A DNA stretch of 64,000 nt from the NCBI RefSeq assembly GCF_009914755.1, contig NC_060937.1; one strand, 5' to 3'. Positions 30,160-42,397 of the stretch are shown here, piece after piece (position 1 is the first letter of the stretch; the number at the start of each line of letters is the position of its first letter). Source of the stretch: the human T2T-CHM13v2.0 reference genome, Homo sapiens. The position numbers and the translations under genes were made by a program. The notes beneath the pieces are model-generated. The model saw only the letters and a list, made by a program, of their open reading frames with translations. It was not told the origin of the DNA and made no database searches.

Positions 30160-30283
30160 TTTAATTTTTCTTTTTTACTTTTTATAGACAAGGTTTTGTT
30201 ATGTCCCCCAGGTCTTGGGCTCAAGTGTTTCATCTTAGTCTCACAGGTAGCTGGACCTATAGGTGCACATCACTATACCTAGC
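30160..30283 (-). mobile_element. FLAM-type Alu monomer
   Basis: Single degenerate monomer; TGTTACTTTTAA on both sides (30129, 30284). Confidence 0.7.
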
Positions 30284-30619
30284 TGTTACTTTTAATTTTT
30301 AATTACTGTTATGGGAGAAGAAAGATTGGTTCCTATATACATTTCCTTACATTTCCCTATATACATCGCTTCTATATTCTTCCCAATATTATTATATGAT
30401 GATTTTGAAATAAATCAATATTTAGTGTTAAGATTAATAACACTGTAAATACATATTAGCGACTTACTATATAATGATCACTCTTTCTTATACAGCATTT
30501 AAATGATTTTTCCTGAACTTAATAATTACCTTAGTTTTTGTTTGTTTAGTTTTCTGTATTTCTCTCTACCCTGCAGACTCCTCTCAATAGAACCAAAAAC
30601 ATCAGGAAATTTATTCTCT

Positions 30620-30960
30620 TTAAAGAATTTTTAGTAAACAGAAGTTTCAATTTTAGTGAGGTCAGACTTGTTAGTTTTCCCCTTCCGAAGGCACTTTTCA
30701 GGTGTTTTTGAAAGACATTCTTCCCTATCCCCATATTATAAAGATATTGTTCTACATTTTCTTCCAAATTAAAAAAAATTTAAAACCCATCTGGAATCAA
30801 CATTTTGGTTTAGTGTTAGAAAGGGATCAATTTCTTTTTTCACATATAAATAAGCAACTGCCCCGGCATTATTTGTTGCTTAATCCTACATTTCCCCACT
30901 GATTTAGAATCATGTATCAAGCTTTCAAATATGTGTTTCTGTTTCTCAGATCTCTAGATT
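30620..30960 (-). mobile_element. L1ME-type ORF2 fragment
   Basis: AACAGAAGTTTCAATTTTAGTGAGGTCA...CCCATCTGGAAT...CCCCGGCATTATTTGTTG. Confidence 0.7.
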
Positions 30961-30999
30961 CTAATCTGATAGAGTACATGAGGTAAAACCTCATTTTCA

Positions 31000-31590
31000 T
31001 TTCTTTTTCTTTGTTATATTCCCTGCTTCCTCCCATTGTACCCTCAGAGTCTTCTCTCTCTTCCTCCAAACTGTACTAACTGCTCTCCAGGCTTATTGCA
31101 TGGCTGTTGTGCTGGGATATGTCTTCACCACTGAACTTGGAATTTTCTTTTTTTTTCCTCCCCTATTTTGGTCTTCTAGTGCCTCCTAGACCCCATGTTT
31201 CTTTCTTTCTTTCTTGTTTTACTCCTTCCTTTTGCTGAAGCATATTCTATAGTAGCTTTCTGAGAAAAGGTATATGCAGGGGTGCATTTCAGATTTTGCA
31301 TGTCTGCAAATGCTTTTATGTCTATACTCTCGATTGATACTTTGGATGAATATGTAATTTGAGGGTGAATACTATTATCTCTTAAAATATTTTTTCCTAG
31401 TTTCTGCTATTGGTCTTGAGATTTCAGATACCTTTCTGACTCTCGAACATTTCAATAAAAAAATACATTTCCTTCAATTATCTACCATTCTATGTTATCT
31501 CTATTTGCATTTTCTGGAACTCTAATTAGTTGAATGTTTGATGTACTTAATGTTATAGCTATTAAAAAAAATTTCTTGTCCTATTTCATT
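31000..31590 (-). mobile_element. HAL1-like element, left part
   Basis: TTTCTGAGAAAAGGTATATG...TTGCATGTCTGCAAATGCTTTTAT...TTGATACTTTGGATGAATATG. Confidence 0.65.
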
Positions 31591-32517
31591 TTCTTTTTTT
31601 TTTAAACTTCATTCCATTAAAGTCAGATATATTTAGAAAATGTAATTTAAGGAAAAAACATTTTTGTAATCAATGATAAATACTGCATTCCAAAGATTTA
31701 TTTGTTTTAATTTAGGCTAAAAGAAGATAAAACTTGATTTAGGATAATATTTGTGTAAAAGAAAAAGATTTCCATAAACTCTAAATTATTAAACAGATGA
31801 TAAACTTCTGATTTTTTCAAAAGAGCAATCAATTACTCTTCTCTTTTTTCCTGCTCCAAAATATGTGCTAGGGCATCACAGAACTTTCTTATGTTTGTTC
31901 TCTGGATAGGAAAGAACATACATACAGAAAACCTGAACCCCCCATTCCCTTTCCAATTCCATTTATTTGAGGGTGGTGTGGTGAGGAAAATTCCAATTTT
32001 ACTGTCTGTCCTGTTAAATAAAGTTGGGCAGAGTACTGACAGGTTGCTTGCAAAGGGATAAATGTAAAAGGACATAGGAAAAAAAAGCTTCATATCTTTC
32101 TGTTTCCAAGTCTAATATTCTACCAAGTAGCCTACACAGAATATTATTTCTGTAGACAACAGTTTAAATTATATAAGTTTATCCTGATATCTAGGGGAAT
32201 CAGTTGGCTATGCAAAGAAAAGTCAATTAGTGATATAGATCAGTTTTTATTCATTCTTTCAGAAAATTTAAACTTTGCTAGGTGAAAATCACATTTCTTT
32301 ACTTACTCCACAAAATTGTCACCAAAGTTCTACAAAGAGTAGAAAAATATGCCTAAGTGAGTTGTATAAGTATCATTATCTATCTTAGCCTTTTAAAATT
32401 TCTATAGGTTTAGGCATTATTCAAAATACTGTATATTTCTAAAACCTGTTCATTCAAACCTCTATAAAGTATCAAACTTGCAAAGACTGAATTAGGTAAT
32501 TATTGGATCTTATAAGG

Positions 32518-33236
32518 TTCTGTTCTATCTTCTATCTCTTTGTGTTTTGCTAGTATCTGGGAGATTTCCCCTACCATAGATTACAAAACTAATGTTGAAT
32601 TTTTACATTTATACCACCACATTTAAAAACTCTTGGTAGTTCTTTCTTATTCTGTGGATATTTTCAAACCTTTTTTTTTTAATGGCATCCTACTCGTTTC
32701 CTAAAAGCAATATTTTCTCTTATCTGAGGATCTTAACGTTTTGAAAAAATAACTTTTCTCCTGTTTTCCGCAGCATCTTTGTTTTATTTTAGTGAATCTC
32801 TTTCAAGTTGGATGGCGTCCTTACATATCTAGCCATTGTAGGCTATTTATATTTAAGAACAAGACATTTAAAAGCTTATTGGGGCTGTATAGATTGTAGG
32901 GCTGCCAAGTGGATTTCTGATTTTTTCATTGAGGAACCACCAAATGTTTGATTCTGTGGGTTTTTTCCCTTGAATTGATCTGTTTCTTTAGAATCTTTAA
33001 ATCTCTCATCCTTAGAGGTATCAATGCACGCATGCTATTCTCTGTTCAGTATGTTAAATTCTCATTTCTAAGTTTGGCACTTCTTTTTTAGTTTTAGCTC
33101 AGACTATTATCCTTTAGCTCAGAACTTCTCTGGACTAAACTCTCCAGAGAGTAAATCTCACATTTTCAGCCAGGGTAGCAGAAGGAGAGTTGCCTGGTTG
33201 TGCAGGATAGTCAAAGTGTCTAGGGATCTGTCTGAC
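32518..33236 (-). mobile_element. HAL1-like element, continuation
   Basis: CTATCTCTTTGTGTTTTG...TCTGGGAGATTTCC...ATGGCATCCT...GCAATATTTTCTCTTATCTGAGGAT. Confidence 0.6.
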
Positions 33237-33531
33237 TTTTTTTTTTTTTTGAGACGGAGTCTAGCTTTGTCACCCAGGCTGGAATGCAGTGGCTCTATCT
33301 TGGCTCACTGCAAGCTCCGTCTCCCGGGTTCATGCCATTCTCCTGCCTCAGACTCCTGAGTAGCTGGGACTACAGACGCCTGCCACCACGCCTGGGTAAT
33401 TTTTTGTGTTTTTAGTAGAGTAGGGGTTTCACCGTGTTAGCCAGGATGGTCTCGATCTCCTGACCTCGTAATCCACCCACCTCAGCCTCCCAAAGTGCTG
33501 GGATTACAGGCGTGAGCCACCGCACCCGGCC
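33237..33531 (-). mobile_element. AluY
   Basis: CACTGCAAGCTCC, GCCATTCTCC, GTTAGCCAGGATGGTCTCGATCTCC. Confidence 0.94.
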
Positions 33532-33588
33532 AGCTCTATCAGATTTTTAAACCAGCCTTCCTGGGCTTAGTCACAACCCACACACTTT

Positions 33589-34163
33589 TGAAAGGTGAAG
33601 TCAGCTGGACTTCCTGGGTCAAGTAGGGGCTTGGAGAACTTTTCTGTCTTACAAGAGGTTTGTAAAACGCACCAATCAGTGCTCCATAAAACACACCAAT
33701 CAGCGCTCTGTAGCTAGCATGAGGTTTGTAAAGTGGACCAATCAGCACCCTGTAAAATGGGCCAATAAGCACCCTGTAAAATGGACCAAACAGCAGGACG
33801 AGGGTGGGGAAAAAAAAGGGAATAAAAGCTGGCCACCCCAGCCAGCAGAGGCAACTTGCTCTGGTCTGGTTCCACGCTGTGGAAGCTTTGTTCTTTCACT
33901 CTTTTCACTAAATCTTGCTGCTGCTCACTCTTTGGGTCTCTGCCACCTTTGAGAGCTGTAACACTCATGGTGAAGGTCCGTGGCATCATTCTTCAAGTCA
34001 GCAAGAACACGAACCCACTGCAAAAACTCCAGACACGTCTGAAGGAACAAACTCCGGACACACCACCTTTAAGAGCTGTTAACACTCACCACGAAGGTCC
34101 GCAGCTTCATTCTTGAAGTCAGCGAGACCATGAACCCACCGGAAGGAACAAACTCCGGACACA
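33589..34163 (+). mobile_element. LTR12-family (ERV9) solo LTR, short form
   Basis: TGAAAGGTGAAGTCAGCTGGACTTCCTGGG...GAAGGAACAAACTCCGGACACA; 4-bp TSD CTTT (33585-33588, 34164-34167). Confidence 0.93.
33672..33827 (+). promoter_or_regulatory. LTR12 U3 CCAAT (NF-Y) array plus AATAAAA TATA-like box
   Basis: CCAAT at 33672, 33696, 33738 and 33762; AATAAAA at 33821; activity not shown. Confidence 0.6.
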
Positions 34164-36603
34164 CTTTCAGGATGCCAGTGTTTCCAGGAGTTGCAGCAAC
34201 CTATAGTGGCATCCTCCTTCTTTGGGCTTGTTTAGATTAGGTGAATTAGGTAACACACATGTATTAGCTTTCAACTTGTTTCCACCTCTTATTTTATGTT
34301 TTTTAACTGCCAGTCTTCTTTTTTTAGAGTTGTCTTATTCCTTTGAGAATTTATTAATTCTCTGTTCTGTGTGATGTCAGTAGGAAAAACATGTATGCTT
34401 AATCTACCATGTTTACATAGTTTGTCTCCTTTCTTTTTTAAAAATTTCTTCCATAAAGTTTTGGTCTCAGGGATGCATTTCATCTTTGAGTTTTGCAGTC
34501 TTTTAATACATCAGCCTGAAAATTAGTATGACTTCTCTTGTCAATAAGCTGGAAGTATGATTGTGATTGTCTTCTATTGCTATCACTATTTCAGTGTGTG
34601 TTTGTGGTATTTAATTTCATTAGTACTGGAGAAAAATGCTTTTGACACATATTTGCCATTACGGCAAAAACTGTCAACACAAAAAGAATTTGACCGCTGG
34701 GCAAGTGGACTTGGATAACAACTAGTTCTCAGTGAGACCTTAATAATAATGGTCAAATAATAATAACTGTTGGATATAAATCGATTTGGCTGAAGAAAAT
34801 GTTGTAAGGCTGTTTCCAAGCATAAAATACGAACTTTTATTTGTTAGGTTTAAGGAAATGTACAGCTAGAAATCTTAACTGTTCTCACCAAGATAAATCA
34901 ATGGAATTATATATTAAACCACTCCAAAAGCTGCATATTGAGAGCCTTGATCAGATTTAGCACGGAAAAATGCTAGTTCTGGTTGTTACTTGCTTTCATT
35001 ATTTATCTGCATTTCTCTATACAAGTGTCTGAATTACAAAGAGCAAGTTTAAAAAGTAATCAGCCCAACAAACCAACACAGACTTTGCAATTCATTTGGA
35101 TTTGCATTCATAGTTGTAGGATCAGATTTTACCAAGTGAAGCAAACTCGGCCAGTTAAAAATACATTGACATTGTATTAGTAAATATGCCTTTTTTAGAA
35201 TTCCTTTTGGGAAAGTTAGTAATTCTCCTCTTTTAATTCTAAAATTTGCATATACCACAGGTGTTGGTAACTGATGGCATATTCAGCTCAGCAGAACTAG
35301 ATTTACGTTGGGGGTGCATCGTGTTCCAAACTTAGGCCGGTCAAAGGATAAAAGACAGCGAAGGAGTAGAAATAATAGAAAAGTTTACTCTGAATGGTAA
35401 TACAGATTCAGTCTCCAGTCGTTCTTCTGTGGAGGAGGTACTTTCCTCTTCTTTTCTATTCACATCTGGGTGGGCATTTGTACTCATTGCACCTCTCAGA
35501 CTTCAGTGCTCAGAAGCACAATAGTTCATTAGATAGGTTATTATATTTGGCTCTGGGAAATTAGGCTTGTGAATTTTGAACTACTCAGTCCAGTAGGTAA
35601 ATATCACCCCAGATGATCAAGAATTTAGTCTTTTGTATGTTTGACTATGGAACAAAATTCTGAATATAAAGTAAGCCAAAAAGACCACAGAAAGTCAAAA
35701 TTATACTCACAAAGTCCCAGTAATAAAGCTCACATTTTTCGTTAAAAAGGCTTTCATCCGGGGATTATATCAATGAACTAGACATGATCTTAGTATGTTT
35801 GTTATATAGTGTTTCAGCCTCCTGTTCTCCTGTTGATAAATAACATGTAGGTGGCCCGAGGTAGTAGAAAACTTTTAGAGGTAGAAGTGATATGATGGCT
35901 GACTGTTAGAGAAGGGAGGAAAATATCATGTCAATAAAGAGAAGAACTACTTATAGTATAGTAGTTTGGGGCCATTAAGTGAAAGAGTAAGCATATTTAT
36001 ATAACTAAACATTTGATGCATCTCCTTTTAGAACAGAACAATAATTTTTAATTAGGAGGGCTAATTATTAGGACATTGCTGTGAATTAGCTACAGTTTTT
36101 AGGGCCGAAAGATTGTTGTTATTTACCTCCGGTCACCATCCCTTCCTCCATAGAGAAACTGCACACTGGACAAGCTGGGACTTTTTTATGGCCTAGCCAT
36201 AGCAGATTCTTTCATGCGTTCATGGATTTGCTCATTCTGAATTCTTTGTTAGGAAGCTGGTCTCTTTATTTGGTGAATTCCTGTGCATCTTGTAGAGACC
36301 AGCACAAACGTAATTTCCTCTGAGATTGCTGCATCCTTACTCTCCTCTGGTGGAATGTATACATAATATTGAAACAAAAGTACACACACACACACGTATA
36401 TTGTGTTGAATCAATGAAATTGCCTTTTATATCGGTCTTTATAAATTCAAGTGTTGGCAGTTTCATATAGTTCTTTGTCTTTTGGCCATTATGATTCTGG
36501 AAAATAAGTGCAAACACTTCATGAATAAATTCATAAAATAAATCTATTTTTCTAATTTTTATGTGATATATTTCATTAATACCTACACCGTATGGAATTT
36601 TCA

Positions 36604-36665
36604 GAATCAAAACAGAAACGTGATTATCACTGTTGAATCAAAACAGAAATGTGATTGTCACTGGT
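36604..36665. repeat. 31-bp tandem duplication (3 mismatches)
   Basis: GAATCAAAACAGAAA(C/T)GTGATT(A/G)TCACTG(T/G)T x2. Confidence 0.9.
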
Positions 36666-36837
36666 AGACACTTTCTCAGATGACATAGGCCCTAGCTTGA
36701 AAACCCACCACTTGGAAGGGAAATATTGTTATAGATAAAAAGATCTAAGAAATCATATATTTAAATAAGACAATGAAAAAGAGAGAAGAGAAAAATGCAT
36801 AAATATGTATGTTTATACAAATGTTATTAATTTATAA

Positions 36838-36867
36838 CCCATTTACCCCATTTACCCCATTTACCCC
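36838..36867 (-). repeat. (GGGGTAAAT)n 9-mer repeat, G-quadruplex motif
   Basis: Plus strand CCC ATTTA CCCC ATTTA CCCC ATTTA CCCC. Confidence 0.85.
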
Positions 36868-37039
36868 AATGCTTATTATTTAGGTTTGATTATTTAAGTT
36901 TCTGTTTCTCATACTGTGTTATTAATTCCTTAAGGCAAAGTGCTATATCCTATTCATTTTTGCAGGATCTTTCAATTAAAATGGTGAATTTCCAAAGTAG
37001 GAAAACGGTGTTGAGACATTGTATTGGTTATGGTATTTA

Positions 37040-37420
37040 AATGGATATAACCTATTGGGGCAATATTTACTAAGAGATGTAAACATTTTCTTTACATCTA
37101 ATCAAATAATCACACTTCTTGGATGTTAATCTAATAAAGTCATCTGAAATATGGAGAAAATGCAAATGCTTGAATGTGTTTATGGCGCTGTTCCTTAAAG
37201 CAGTGAAATACTGGAAGCAATATAAAGGGTTAATATTAGGACAATATTTAAATAAATAACAATTTATCTATTTAATAATATGCTCTATAATGACAAAAAT
37301 GATAGCTATGAATATGGTGAATTAGCAGTGGAAAAATGCTAAGTAAAGAAAAAAATCAGGTATGAAATATTACGATGTTTTAAAATGACACATATGCATA
37401 TTTATAAAAGCCTGAGGGAC
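37040..37420 (+). mobile_element. L1ME-type 3' fragment
   Basis: GGCAATATTTACTAAGA...CACTTCTTGGATGTTAATCT...GAAATACTGGAAGCAA. Confidence 0.55.
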
Positions 37421-39371
37421 ATACATAGTTTTTGTTGTGTTCTTTGAGTTTGAGGCAACTGTTTGTTATAAAGTATTATTATTATTGTGTAAAACAATTT
37501 CAAATTATTTCTATAATTTAAAAATATGTAATGACAAAACGCCTAAAATTTGGGGCCCAAATCAGGTGAATTTGTAACTAATGTAAATAAAATATTGTTC
37601 ATTGCATTTCCATTATTATTCTTTACATGCTGTTTATGAATATATAATAGGAAGTTGTCAACATGTTAATCCTCATGAATTTCTATATGGAATAATCTTG
37701 TTTCCAATGATGTTTAATGCATAAATATTTACTTAAAAAGACTTTTTAGTTCCTTTGTTTGAAAGTTCTTACACTATAAAACAATTTGCTTTCAATTTAC
37801 TTTAACCCTTTCTTTATTAAAAGTTATTTGTAATTTCTCTCTTACCATACTGAAATAAAATTCACAGGTAGTATAATATGCCTAGACACATAATTTAACT
37901 ATAATTATTATAATTATCTGGGTTTAATTTTAATATGAAGAGAAGCAGAATAAAACTAATTTTAATAAAGTAATATGCATTTTAATTGAAAATAAGCATA
38001 AGTAGGCAAGAAGATATAATGAAATATAAAATATTTCTGATATTTAAAATAGCATTTAACATAAATGAGCTCACAAGCCAGCCTATTTGTGTAAGTTCAG
38101 GAAAAAGACGGAACAAAAGTATGAGTATACACTACAATAAAACTAGTGTTATAATAAGTGATATATACTTATTTGTATATGATGAAGTAATGAGGGAAAT
38201 GACCTTAGCTAATGTATTGATATTGTGCCAAGACTAATTACAAACTATAGACTAGAGTAAATGAGGAAGTGTGATACAAGCTGAAAATAATCTGGGCCTT
38301 AGGTGTAGTGTCAAAAGTATTCTTTATATTATGACATAGAAAAGAGTAGTGACTTTCTTAGATGATTTCTCCTAATGTGAACTCCCATTCAGGCAGCATA
38401 CATTTTAGTAACTGGTACTTAAAAGATCATGGTGGACATATCCTTTGATAGGCAATTATAAATAGATGATGGATTGGAAAAGTAAGCATCGATACATAAC
38501 AGGTTATTAGAAATGATGATAGACCTTTTGTATAGTAACAGATATGAAAACAATAGGCAACCCAACAACATTTCTAATGGTCAATTTTGTAAACAAATTT
38601 TAAAACAGTATAAAAATATAGGGTGGCCATAACATTATATATTTTAAAATTGCATTTGTTAATGAAATGCAGATTCCTGTATTTCCTGTGCTTTGGTAAT
38701 TTTATAGTGTTGGTCTTATGTCTGTTAAAAGCAATCTCAAACCTCCACTTTATACACATATGCAATTATTTCATTATTTTTCAGTGCCTGCATCCTAGCA
38801 TTGAAACAATTCCCATATAGATAATTTCAGTAGAGTGTGATTGTATGTGTATAAGTGTGCATATGTGCGTGCCTGGGCAAACACCATCAGCATTTTCAGT
38901 ATAAACATTTCCTGAAATCGTTAGTTAAAATTTGCATTAGGTAATGAATAATGCTGCTTTTGATTGGAAATATAAGAAAGAGTTTTGTGAAATGCTCCAT
39001 TCAACAACTAATCCTCAATAAAGGCTTCCAATTTGATTTTGATGGATAATGTGAAGAAAGACCCAAAATGTGGAAATAAGGAAAATGCTTTTTGCAAAAC
39101 TTTATTACAATCCACAAAAAGTGAGGAAAATAGGGTTTTGCATATTAATGCATAACTTTCCAAATTCTAAGGAAAATAATTCTAGTTATTGTATCCGAGT
39201 CTCCTTTTAGGAAGATGCAGTTTATAATTTTGCAGATAATATACTACATGACAAGGTTTAGGAAAACCTAATTTTTCGAAGCTGAGATATAGCATTGCTA
39301 GATAAGTCCTTATGTTCCTAGAACAAGTGGCCTAGGCAGGGCTCATTGCAAAAAGATATTATTTGTATACA

Positions 39372-39694
39372 CAGTCATCTTTTTGGTATCCTGAGGAATA
39401 GGTTCCAGGACTTCTACAGATATCAAACTCCCCAGATGATCAAGTCCCTTATATAAAATGGCATAGTATTTGCATGCTGTGTAACCTACACAATCCTCCC
39501 CTGTAGTTTAAATCATCTCAAAATTACTTATGATACCTAGTACCACGTAAATACTAGGTAAGTAGTAGTTATACTGTATTGTTTTTAAACTTGTATTTTT
39601 AAAATTTTTGTTTTTTTTATTATTTTTTTCAAAATACTTTTAATCTGTTGGTTGAATCTGCAGCTGTGGAACCAGTAGATACATGAGGTTACTG
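39372..39694 (+). mobile_element. MER2/MER2B TcMar-Tigger MITE
   Basis: CAGTCATC...GGTTCCAGGAC...CAAGTCCCTTATATAAAATGGCATAGTATTTGCA...GGTTGAATCTGCAG...ACTG followed by TA. Confidence 0.88.
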
Positions 39695-41019
39695 TATTTT
39701 TGCATATGATATAAGATAATAAACATGTGTCATATAATTATTGCTATTATTATTATTGTTGGGAAAAATAGAATTATGAATGACAATTAGCCCAAGTCTC
39801 TAAGCCTTCAATAGGGGTGAGATGTGGGGAGAAACTACAATGTGAACCAAAGCACTGGGTAGAGCTCAAAGGATAGAAAAAGTACTTAACTGAGAGGGAT
39901 TTCTGGATCCATCATTTATTTATAAAGCAATTCTTATGTTCTTTCTTTAGCTAAAAAATTTTCCAATCTTCATACATATTTCTACATGTATTATACAAAT
40001 TATGGTATAATTATTGTATTGTTTGTAGGTAATATGAGGTATAGACTAAAAATAAGTAGTTAAAGCCTACTATTCTGTGCCAAAGCAGGACAAAAAGTAA
40101 TTTTCAGTGAAAGGTGGGTAGGGGATTTTAACGTAGTTCATATATCAGCAACTTTCTCTGCAGTGCATAATTTCCTATAGGTCTGGACAAATTATGTAAG
40201 TTTATAAAACCCTAGGACTAGGGAAGTTGGTGGTGGGGAGGTGGCTGGCTGCAGTTCAAACAGCATTGAATGTTAGTCTTGCCAAATTTCCATAGCTTGT
40301 AGCTAAGGAAGGTACAGAATACAATCTGATTGATACAAATTCCTGTTTCCTTCCATATAGCAAACACATACTTTCCACAGCAGCATAGTAACATGATTCA
40401 TAATTCCTTCAGGTATTAAGTGGAAAAACATCTGTTCACTTGATTACATTTATAGATATACACAGATATTATAATGGCTAATTTGGAATAGGTCATTTAC
40501 TTGTCAGTTATAGGTAATGTTAATATACATAAATTCTGTATATGTGAAGAGTTGCGATCTCAAAAAGATCTAGAGGCAAAATCGACTCTAATTTTTTTCT
40601 TTACATGTGTTGTACATGTGAGCAACTCAGCTCTGATTCAACGGCTTTTTCCTCTGCTTGTAAACGAGCTAATATGATAGGTTATAAATAGGGGATGCCA
40701 AACTTGCATTTTAAGTTTTTACTGAGCCAGGAGAGAACCATTAATATTATTAAATGATTGGCCAGTATCCTCAAGGAACTTTGAATTTTTAAATACGAAG
40801 GAAGGCTTGAGGGAGGAAGATTAACTAACATTTGTTAAACCTATGGATTTATTCAATTTACGGTTAGCTCTTAGCAAAATTGTAAGAGAAATTTGCCTCT
40901 AGGGAGATAATCTATTGGCTTTCTTCTCCCTTTATGATCTCCTTTCTCTGCCTCCACCCATTTCAACATATCAACTCCTTATTTCCTGGGTAGCTTCCAT
41001 CACCAATCTCTGCACTAAC

Positions 41020-41385
41020 AATCTACTCTCTTAGCAATAATCAAATCTGTAATATATTAATATTAACTATAGTCACCATGTTGTACAAAAGATCTCTTAC
41101 ATTTCTTCCTCCTGTCTAAAATTTTGTGCCCTTTGACCAACATCTCCCCAACTGCCTCTCCCCAGCCTCTGGTAACCATCCTTCTCCTCTGTTTATATAA
41201 GTTTGATTTTTTTAGAGTCCACACATAAGTGAGTAGATTTTAAGTATTCTAAATGCAAATAGATAAGTATATGAGGCAATGATTATGTTAATTAGCTTGA
41301 TTTAGCCATTCCACAATGTATACATGTTTTAAAACATCATACCCCATAAAATATGCATACTCTTTATTTGTCAACTAAAAAATAA
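41020..41385. mobile_element. L1MA-type 3' end with a 5' inversion (41020-41233 minus, 41231-41385 plus)
   Basis: Antisense AATCTACTCTCTTAGCA...CACATAAGTGAG joined to sense GAGTAGATTTTAAG...TTAGCCATTCCACAATGTATACA...AAAAAATAA. Confidence 0.8.
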
Positions 41386-41544
41386 GTCTGCCCTCAGTCA
41401 CACATTAAGATATGACACACTCGTATCATTCTAAACATATTTCTTGGTATAATAACCCCACATTAAAAAGATTGGCCAAAATTGTAAACCTCTTTTGAGG
41501 ACTTTTAATAGGAGGTATGGACTAAAAATAAGTAGGTAAAGCCT

Positions 41545-41750
41545 ACAATTCTGAAAGAATGTTCAGGGAACCTGAGTCTTAAGTAACTTTTTAAAAGAAG
41601 GTTCTATGGTCAAATGTTTAGTAAAGGTTATTTATCCCTATATTGGGATTTCAGTATTCACTTTAGGACAGTTAAGACTCAGTTTTTGAAAAAAAATTCT
41701 TTAATTCTGTTTAACGTGGCATTTGGCAATTGTATTTGACTACGAAAAGC
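41545..41750. mobile_element. hAT-Charlie MITE remnant (Charlie4z/MER103-like)
   Basis: GGTTCTATGGTCAAAT...TATTTGACTACGAAA, sub-terminal inverted motifs. Confidence 0.45.
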
Positions 41751-41755
41751 AATTA

Positions 41756-42396
41756 CGGTTGGCCCCCTGTATCTATGAGTTATGCATTGATAGATTCAAT
41801 TAACCACAGATCAAAAAATATTGGATAAAAAGATGTGCCTGGGCTGGGTGCAGTGGCTCATGCCTGTAATCCCAGCACTTTGGGAAGCTGAGACAGGTGG
41901 ATCACTTGAGGTCAGGAGTTGGAAACCAGCCTGGCCAACAGGATGAAACCCCATCTCTACTAAAAATATGAAAATTAGCCGGGCATGGTGGTGGGTGCCT
42001 GTACTCCCAGCTACTTGGGAGGCTGAGGCAGGAGAATCGTTTGAACCCCTGGAAGGTGGAGGTTGCACTGAGCCGAGATTGTGCCATTGCACTCCAGCCT
42101 GGGCAACAGAGTGAGACTCCATCTCAAAAAAAGAAAAAAAAGTTGTGTCTATACTAAACATGTACAGACTTTTTTCTTGTCATTATTCCCTAAACAATGC
42201 AGTATAACAACTATTTACACAGCATTGACATTGTATTAGGTATTGTAAGTAATCAAGCAATGATTCAATGTATAGGGGAGGGTGTGCATGGGTTATATGC
42301 AAATAACCACTTTATATCAGGGACTTGAGCACCCTTACATTTTGGTATCCATGGAGATCCTGGTAGCAACTGTCCAAAGATATCAAGGAATGATTA
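41756..42396 (-). mobile_element. MER2 MITE, interrupted by an Alu
   Basis: CGGTTGGCCCCCTGTATC...AACATGTACAGACTTTTTTCTTGTCATTATTCCCTAAACAAT...GGGACTTGAGCA. Confidence 0.88.
41842..42140 (+). mobile_element. AluSx/Sz-like
   Basis: Full dimer; degenerate TSD AAAAAGATGTGCCT / AAAAAGTTGTGTCT. Confidence 0.93.
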
Positions 42397-42397
42397 T

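Noticed and set aside
33661-34163. Short spaced repeats resembling a CRISPR-like array
   Set aside because: These are the normal U3 CCAAT repeats and U5 repeats of LTR12, in eukaryotic DNA
34660-34910. MEIS, PBX-HOX and ONECUT-like motifs (CTGTCA, ATAAATCGAT, ATAAATCAAT) as an enhancer
   Set aside because: Short AT-rich motifs are expected by chance; this cannot be supported without conservation or chromatin data
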